64,000 bases of DNA, taken from the NCBI GenBank assembly GCA_964466705.1, contig CAYXSM010000009.1, positions 44,308 to 108,307 on the forward strand. The letters are read 5' to 3'. Every line of letters begins with the position of its first letter. Position 1 is the first letter of the stretch. Of this stretch, positions 57,011 through 64,000 are shown piece by piece. The translations under genes were made by a program, and so were the position numbers. Source of the stretch: an uncultured Rikenellaceae bacterium (GTDB lineage Bacteria > Bacteroidota > Bacteroidia > Bacteroidales > VadinHA17). Below the pieces are notes generated by a model that worked only from the letters and a program-made list of their open reading frames with translations, had not been told where the DNA came from and made no database searches.

Positions 57011-60000
57011 ATGAACATAAAGACTCAAGTCTTGATAATAAGCCTTTTTATTGCCATTCTTTCCGATAGTTTGGCTCAGGTTTCCTTTGCGGGCCGGGAA
57101 CTTGAATCGGAATATAACAGGGCTTTGGATCTGTTTAACAAACAGAAATATCCCGCTGCTATCAGGCTTTTTGATTCATATGTTAAACAAAACGACGGGA
57201 TTGAATCCATTAATGCTTCGGAGGCTGAATATTACGCAGCACTTTCGGCGCTTAAACTGTTCAATCCTGACGCAGAATACAGGATGGTTGTATACCTGAA
57301 AAACCATCCGGAAAGCCCCAGAGCCAATGAAGCCAATATTGAACTCGCTGATTATTTCTTCCAGAATAAAAATTACAGAAAAGCTGTAACATATTACCAG
57401 GCTGTAAACAGACACGAACTTGATAAAGAAAAACTTCCCGAGTTTTTTTTCAGATATGGCTATTCCCTGTATGTCAGGGGTGACAAGGAAAACGCTCAGG
57501 TAATGTTCTCCGAGATAAAGGATGTCGACACAGAATATTCTGCTCCTGCTGTTTACTATTTCTCCCAGATAGCCTACGAACAGAAAATGTATCAGACAGC
57601 AATGGACGGATTCATGAGACTTGTTGATGATGAAACATTTGGAGACATAGTTCCCTTTTACATAGTGCAAATGCTTTATCTGCAAAAAGATTACGACGGA
57701 ATACTCAAAATGGCTCCGGATCTTCTGGCGTCAGCTCCGAAGGACAGGGCTGTTGAACTATACAGGTTTATAGGGGATGCTTATTACAACCGGCAGGATT
57801 ACAAGTCGGCTTTGCCGTATCTCGAACAATACGCTTCAACGGCAGCAGCAAGTGCGAGGGAAGATAAGTACATGCTGGGATATTCCTATTATATGACCGG
57901 TGATATTGACAATGCCATAAAGGTTCTTCTGGAAATCGGTGCAAGGACAGACATCATAAGTCAGAATATCTGGTTTGTTCTGGGTGACTGTTATCTTAAA
58001 AAGAATGACAAGAAACGGGCACAGCTGGCATTCGGCCAGGCGTCAAAAATGGATTTTGATCAGAAGATCAGGGAAGAAGCACTGTTCAATTATGCCAAGC
58101 TGACCTATGAAACATCATATTCTCCTTTTGGTGAAGCAATTGCAGCATTCCAGGAATATATCAATCTCTATCCCGGATCAGATAAAATTGACGAGGCTTA
58201 CAATTACCTTGTTTCCACACTTCTTGAGATCAGGAATTATAATGCCGCACTCGCAGCTCTCGACAGGATAAGGAACAAGGACGGCCGTCTTGAAGAAGCT
58301 TATCAGAGGGTAACATTTTACAGAGGCCTGGAGCTGTTTAAGAATATGGAGATAGAGGCTTCTTTGAACATGTTCAACAGGTCACTTCAGTATGAGAAGT
58401 ACAACAGAGAGATAGCGGCCAGGACATTTTACTGGAGAGGGGAGGCGAATTACAGACTGGGCCGGTTTGCAGAATCAGCTGCTGATTACCGAAAGTTTTC
58501 CGGACTGCCTGCTTCTGCAATGCTGGAAGAAAAAAATCTTCTTCATTATAACCTGGGATATGCTTTGTTCAATCTGAAGGACTACGATGCGGCACTGAAC
58601 AATTTCAGAATATTTGAGTCAACTGCTTCAGGCATCGGTCAGGATATTATCCATGATGCCAGGCTGAGGATAGCTGACTCTTATTTTATCAGCACCAGGT
58701 ATACTCAGGCCATAACCTATTACGACAAAGTGATAGAGAACGGCAATGCCGGTACTGATTATGCCATGTATCAGAAAGGCTTCTGCATGGGACTGATGAA
58801 TAACCAGCAGGGGAAAATAGATATATTATCACAGCTTCTTAACAGATATCCGTCATCATCACTGGCAGCAAATGCACTGTATGAACGGGGCAGGGCCTTT
58901 CTGGTCCTTGAAAACCACATGCGTGGCGAAGCAGACTTTATTAACGTGATAGCGAATTATAACACAAGTCCGTTTGTTCCACGCGCCATTGTTCAGCTAG
59001 GCCTTCTATATTACAATCAGGGCGATAATACCAGGTCGGTTGAGCAGTTTAAGAAAGTGATTGAGAATTACAGCTCCACTCCGGAGGCTAGATATGCCAT
59101 GACAGGCCTTAAAAATGCATATGTTGACATGAATGATGTTGAGGGATATTTTGCCTATGTTAATACAAAGGGGTACGGTGATGTCAGCCTTGCCGAGAAA
59201 GATTCACTGCTTTATGCATCAGGCGAGAACCTCTATATTTCCGGGAATTGTGCCAGAGCCAAAGAAGTATTCAGAAACTACCTCGGTGAGTTCGTGAACG
59301 GCAGCTTCAGATTAAATGCCCAATTTTATCTTGCGGAATGCCTTAATTCGGAAGGGAAGCCGGATGAAGCCCTGAATTATTACATGGGAGTGATCAGGGT
59401 GCCAAATAATCAGTTCATGGAGCAGGCGCTGATAACTGCTTCTTCAATTTTATACAGTAAGGAAGATTATTCTGCTGCTTCAGAATATTATGACCAGCTT
59501 GAGAAAATCTCTGCTACCTCAAGGATAAGGATTATTGCACTGGGAGGTCAGTTGAGATCCGCATACCAGTCCGGAGATGCTCAGAAAACCATAAATGCTG
59601 CCATAAAAATCAGCAATTCGGCGGAAATACCTGAAGAATTGAGAAGAGAAGCCGTTTTTATGAAAGGTAAAGCGCACTACAGCCTGAATGAGTTTGAACA
59701 GGCGCTGAGTGAATTCAGAAAGGTGGCAACAGAAGTCTCCAGCTTTGAGGGGGCTGAATCAAAATACAGGGTGGCCGAATTATTATATAGAAAAGGATCA
59801 TCTGCCGAGTCGGAAAAGATAATAACAGAATTCATTGACCAGAACACACCTCACCAATACTGGATGGCAAAGATGTTTTTGCTTCTGGCCGACATAAGCA
59901 TTGATAAAGGCGATATGCTGCAGGCCAGGGCAACATTGCAGAGCCTTAAGGAATATTATTCTGTAAAGGATGACGGAATAATTGACGAGGTAAATATAAA

Positions 60001-60022
60001 ACTGGCTTCTCTTGACAAGTAG
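57011..60022 (+). CDS. Large tetratricopeptide-repeat protein with signal peptide
   Basis: I prefer Met at 57011 (MNIKTQVLIISLFIAILSDSLAQ). About 1000 aa of repeated A/Y/L-rich 34-residue TPR-like units run throughout. Confidence 0.85.
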   Translation: MNIKTQVLIISLFIAILSDSLAQVSFAGRELESEYNRALDLFNKQKYPAAIRLFDSYVKQNDGIESINASEAEYYAALSALKLFNPDAEYRMVVYLKNHPESPRANEANIELADYFFQNKNYRKAVTYYQAVNRHELDKEKLPEFFFRYGYSLYVRGDKENAQVMFSEIKDVDTEYSAPAVYYFSQIAYEQKMYQTAMDGFMRLVDDETFGDIVPFYIVQMLYLQKDYDGILKMAPDLLASAPKDRAVELYRFIGDAYYNRQDYKSALPYLEQYASTAAASAREDKYMLGYSYYMTGDIDNAIKVLLEIGARTDIISQNIWFVLGDCYLKKNDKKRAQLAFGQASKMDFDQKIREEALFNYAKLTYETSYSPFGEAIAAFQEYINLYPGSDKIDEAYNYLVSTLLEIRNYNAALAALDRIRNKDGRLEEAYQRVTFYRGLELFKNMEIEASLNMFNRSLQYEKYNREIAARTFYWRGEANYRLGRFAESAADYRKFSGLPASAMLEEKNLLHYNLGYALFNLKDYDAALNNFRIFESTASGIGQDIIHDARLRIADSYFISTRYTQAITYYDKVIENGNAGTDYAMYQKGFCMGLMNNQQGKIDILSQLLNRYPSSSLAANALYERGRAFLVLENHMRGEADFINVIANYNTSPFVPRAIVQLGLLYYNQGDNTRSVEQFKKVIENYSSTPEARYAMTGLKNAYVDMNDVEGYFAYVNTKGYGDVSLAEKDSLLYASGENLYISGNCARAKEVFRNYLGEFVNGSFRLNAQFYLAECLNSEGKPDEALNYYMGVIRVPNNQFMEQALITASSILYSKEDYSAASEYYDQLEKISATSRIRIIALGGQLRSAYQSGDAQKTINAAIKISNSAEIPEELRREAVFMKGKAHYSLNEFEQALSEFRKVATEVSSFEGAESKYRVAELLYRKGSSAESEKIITEFIDQNTPHQYWMAKMFLLLADISIDKGDMLQARATLQSLKEYYSVKDDGIIDEVNIKLASLDK

Positions 60023-60080
60023 CTGAAGAGGAGGTCAAAGCACTGGTTTATTGCTTGGAAAACGAAAAAATAATAATGAC

Positions 60081-61820
60081 ATGATTAAAAAGATTTTCAC
60101 ACTGATATATCTGACAATCTTGATATGCCCGTCGTTCAGCCAGGAAAGAGGTGAAGAGCCCTCACTCAGAAGGGAGGTAACTCTTTACAATCCATATATA
60201 CCTTCCATTCCCGATGTCAGGAAGAAAGGCTTTCTTCCTGATATTGTTGATACGCTGACACTCAGGCCGTCATTTAATTACCAGATAATCCCTGTTCAGT
60301 ATTCACCGGAATACAGCATAAGTCCGATCAGGCCGGCCGCACTTCTTCCCGATCCCCTTCCCAGGTTGTATAAAAGCTATGTGAAGCTCGGACTTGGCAA
60401 CAACAACACTCCTCTGGCGGAACTTAGCATCACAAATGAACGCTCAAAAAAAGGCGCACTGGGCCTCTATGCGAGACATTATTCATCAAATGGAAAGGTG
60501 CCCCTGGAAAATAAGCAGAAAGTATACGCGGGATTCATGGATAACGAAGCATCTCTTTTCGGCAAAAAATTCTTCAGGAGAAGCCTTCTGGATGCCTCGT
60601 TTGACTTTAACCAAAAGACAAGATATGCCTACGGATACGATACTGAGATCGGATTGTATGAACCTGACAGAAAAGATATCAGGCTCGACTATTATAACAT
60701 GGGAGGCGGAATCTCATATTCCTCCACTACAACTGATTCATCGGATTTTCTCTACAATTTCGGCATCTATTACAACTACTTTAACCACAAGCCAAAAAAA
60801 TCCATGAACCATATTGCTTTCAATGGATCTCTGGCAACTCTTTTCGAAGGATTTTATCTGGGATCTGACATCAGGCTCGACAGTTACACTATGTCTGATA
60901 CTCTCAACCTTGAACCCGAATATGTTTTTTCTGTCTCACCTTTTGTGAAGAAAAGTTCCGGGCAATGGAACTTTGATCTTGGGTTGGAATTACTGCTTGA
61001 TAAAAATCTGAGTACATCGCCGTCGTTCCATGTTTACCCTGATGTTAACTTCGGATTTACCGTTATACCAGAGTACATGAGCTTTTTTGCCGGACTTGGG
61101 GGCAAGCTTTTACAAAATAATCCTTTAAGCGTGATAAAGGAAAATCCATACCTTGTCCCCGATGATGCCACTCTTTTCAGGCTTCCTAATACAAGCCATA
61201 CAATCTCGATAAAAGCCGGACTGAAAGGAAATAACGGAATAAAAGGCAATTACCTGGCATCAGTCGAATACTCGAAATTTGAAAATATGCTGTTTTATGG
61301 TAATGTGGTTTTTCCGGATACTGCTTCCAGAATAGAGAGGGGCAACCATTTTTTGCCTGTTACCAGCAACGGAGACCTGCTTAATGTACACGGTGAACTC
61401 ACAGGGTCAATAACAAAGAGGCTTCGCTTTAACGCTGCCGCAAATTATTACAACTACACATTCTTGAAAAATGAAGATCCGATAATCAGTGATTTCGCAT
61501 GGAACAAACCTGAATGGGATGTAAAACTCGGATTAAATTATAATCTGAGAGACAAGATATTGGCTACGGCTGAAGTAACAGCGACGGGCCCCAGGAAGTT
61601 GCTCACCAGGAAGAGTGCTACCGGATGGCTCACTACCGCTTCACATCCGGTGGACCAGCCGGCGCATGTCAACCTCGGCATAGGAGCTGAATACAGATAT
61701 ACCAAAATTCTTTCACTGTGGGCGAAAGTGAACAACATATCCTATCAGCGATATTATGAATGGGCATTTTACCCATCGCAGATGTTCAATTTCCTGGTCG
61801 GATTTACGTACAGCCTGTGA
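60081..61820 (+). CDS. Predicted outer-membrane beta-barrel protein of unknown function
   Basis: I prefer Met at 60081 (MIKKIFTLIYLTILICPSFSQ). It has alternating amphipathic beta-strand-like segments rich in Y/G/N, and a C-terminal FLVGFTYSL resembling an OMP terminal strand. Confidence 0.55.
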   Translation: MIKKIFTLIYLTILICPSFSQERGEEPSLRREVTLYNPYIPSIPDVRKKGFLPDIVDTLTLRPSFNYQIIPVQYSPEYSISPIRPAALLPDPLPRLYKSYVKLGLGNNNTPLAELSITNERSKKGALGLYARHYSSNGKVPLENKQKVYAGFMDNEASLFGKKFFRRSLLDASFDFNQKTRYAYGYDTEIGLYEPDRKDIRLDYYNMGGGISYSSTTTDSSDFLYNFGIYYNYFNHKPKKSMNHIAFNGSLATLFEGFYLGSDIRLDSYTMSDTLNLEPEYVFSVSPFVKKSSGQWNFDLGLELLLDKNLSTSPSFHVYPDVNFGFTVIPEYMSFFAGLGGKLLQNNPLSVIKENPYLVPDDATLFRLPNTSHTISIKAGLKGNNGIKGNYLASVEYSKFENMLFYGNVVFPDTASRIERGNHFLPVTSNGDLLNVHGELTGSITKRLRFNAAANYYNYTFLKNEDPIISDFAWNKPEWDVKLGLNYNLRDKILATAEVTATGPRKLLTRKSATGWLTTASHPVDQPAHVNLGIGAEYRYTKILSLWAKVNNISYQRYYEWAFYPSQMFNFLVGFTYSL

Positions 61821-61946
61821 GCATTTGGATACTATTTTCCAGCATCATTCCGAGTGACATTTTAAGGAGGGATAATGTGTTAATTTCTTTATGAAATTGT
61901 GCATTACTTTTAATGATTCCTTAACATTTCGGAAAGTAAAAACAGC

Positions 61947-61954
61947 TATCTTTG
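61947..61954 (+). promoter_or_regulatory. Candidate -7 box (TATCTTTG) upstream of gyrB
   Basis: Matches TAnnTTTG but would imply a leader of about 215 nt. Weak. Confidence 0.2.
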
Positions 61955-62160
61955 TGACTAAAATTAAGACACTAGTTTTCAGTTGTTTATTGCAGAAAAG
62001 TGGAGTTGGAAAGGATAGGCAGCAATCAGGAAATTTTCATCGGTTTTTCCCCGGAAAACATTTCAAATTGTCTCGGCTGAGAAGAATGTTGATTCATCAG
62101 GATTTTCTGATAGTATTCCTGTTATCTGACTTGTATGCAACAGAGTTGTGAATATATTAA

Positions 62161-64000
<1,840 letters not shown>

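Noticed and set aside
61891-62151. 86-aa ORF in the gap upstream of gyrB
   Set aside because: It has AT-rich, low-complexity, Lys/Phe/Leu-rich content, with no signal peptide and no motif. It is more likely the non-coding gyrB upstream region.

Overview
The window looks like a chromosomal segment from a Bacteroidota-type genome. Supporting signs are TAnnTTTG-like -7 boxes, many lipoprotein or Tat signals, a THX ribosomal protein, a fused E1 alpha/beta 2-oxoacid dehydrogenase and an acn-icd-citrate synthase operon. I call about 50 protein-coding genes, two of which run off the window edges and are therefore missing from the ORF track: a DUF5060-like glycosidase at 1..1060(-) and gyrB at 62173..64000(+). 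By eye I found no tRNA, rRNA, CRISPR array, transposase, integrase or phage gene.

Layout:
- 1.5-8.8 kb: proBA plus the oxidative TCA branch.
- 9-16.6 kb: assorted exported hydrolases and a ribose module.
- 16.7-20.4 kb: a KDG (kdgK-eda) module.
- 20.6-35 kb: an accessory island with three Tat-signal enolase-superfamily paralogs, a Tat-lipoprotein UxuA homolog, an exported RraA-like protein, two membrane-anchored DUF362 paralogs, an orphan secreted protein and GH88.
- 37-46.9 kb: a 7-gene operon joining ketose-phosphate-type enzymes (class II aldolases, a HAD phosphatase, an MDR reductase, a PHP-like protein) to a fused E1 alpha/beta plus E2 dehydrogenase. It is divergent from a GntR/HutC regulator, with palindromic operator candidates between them.
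- 49-64 kb: housekeeping genes (csp, RRM protein, THX, TPP enzyme, LTA-synthase-like protein, ftsE, TPR protein, beta-barrel protein, gyrB).

The most unusual signal is the predicted extracytoplasmic placement of normally cytoplasmic sugar-acid enzymes together with the DUF362 pair. All family assignments come from motif recognition by eye; no searches were run.
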